From NCBI RefSeq assembly GCF_037042905.1, contig NC_087250.1, positions 16,804,001 through 16,868,000 on the forward strand: a DNA stretch of 64,000 nt, given 5' to 3'. The notes below the pieces were generated by a model. It was not told the origin of the DNA and searched no databases. It saw only the letters and a list, made by a program, of their open reading frames with translations. The translations under genes were made by a program, and so were the position numbers. The DNA is from Lytechinus pictus (Eukaryota). The first letter of the stretch is position 1. Each line of letters starts with the position of its first letter. This document shows, one piece after another, positions 63,007 to 64,000 of the stretch.

Positions 63007-63454
63007 ATATGTTCAATGACATATCATTGGTTGGTTTAGAGCCCGCGTTTATTTCGTAAAAGACTATATGCATAATGAGTATTCATGATACGAATGGTAA
63101 AGCTATAAAATATTTTGTCAACGACCTTGTGCTTAAATGGCATGTTCGCGTGTTCGAATCCCAATAAAGGCAAGAAACTATTACGAAAAAAATACATACA
63201 TGTATTTTAAAATAAAAATTCAGGCGAAGCTTTAAACAGCTAGCATAGAAGTAAGTCTTTTAGCTTAAAGTCAGACTCCAAAATTGATTATATGTATTAC
63301 GGAAAGATAAAAAAATGCCTCAAGTTCGTGGAGGGGGTGGCGCCAAATGGGGCAGCTGGTGGGGGGGGGGGGGGGGGCTCAACATGGCCTGTTACCCACG
63401 CACGCCTAGAATGTGCGAATGCCATCAAATGTTGGCGGTAATATTTTTTTTCAT

Positions 63455-63660
63455 TAGGAATATTATTTGTGTGATATCAAGTGTTTTCTTGAGTCGTTTT
63501 TGGTCATGTATGTTCAATTAATATAGATCAGAATGGCATTAAGAATATCAATTATTCGACTGAGACATGCCCTTTTCACTTGACTGATTATCTGAGAACT
63601 AATATTTCTAGGGGGCAATTCGTTGGGATGGTACTCCTAGATCTTCAAAAAGCATTTTTT
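63455..63660 (+). mobile_element. Short LINE RT fragment
   Basis: YSTETCPFHLTDYLRTNISRGQFVGMVLLDLQKAF matches the STE...(F/L)LDLxKAFD region of CR1/L2 RT; cut by a (GATT)n tract. Confidence 0.65.
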
Positions 63661-64000
63661 GATTGATTGATTGATTGATTTTATTTCTCATGATAAAAAA
63701 CAATACAAAATATATACATTCAAAATATAAAACGTTAATAATTGAATTACATATATAGAAATCAGGTACATGAATTTGAGATTATAAAAAACTTATAGGA
63801 GAAATATGGGAAAAACCAAAAAGCTACAAGGAGCTTGAAAGGGGTTATTCCCAATTAAAGAATACGATTGCAGAAATACATATACATAACTTGATAAAAT
63901 AACATACAAATAAAGCATAAATAAACTTAACTGTAACTTGCCCAGATAACTCCTAAACACCCCCCCCCCCCCCTTACATGAACAAAATCGACCTATCTTC

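Overview
AT-rich, intron- and repeat-dense animal genomic DNA. The repeat landscape and death-domain style suggest a marine invertebrate such as a sea urchin, which is inference only. Most ORFs in the supplied track are spurious. Manual splicing gives two plus-strand genes whose exon phases all close. (1) A 19-coding-exon gene (CDS 4729-28340, ~693 aa) with an unusual architecture: an N-terminal MS4A/CD20-like four-transmembrane module, a low-complexity linker, a ZU5 domain ending in an intact HFS motif (the PIDD1/UNC5CL-type autoproteolysis motif), a UPA-like region and a C-terminal death domain. It uses one GC-AG intron and a 16-nt microexon. (2) SARAF/TMEM66 (CDS 35839-45940, ~343 aa), with a minor-spliceosome U12 AT-AC intron at 42183-43167. 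The rest is non-autonomous DNA transposons (CACTA-like, Harbinger-like, Tc1/mariner-like, a 2.4-kb foldback element with a 5-bp TSD, a Helentron-like element), tRNA-derived SINEs, truncated CR1/L2-type LINE fragments, a 3.3-kb intronic satellite, microsatellites and short tandem duplications. All exon models were derived by eye and need RNA-seq confirmation.
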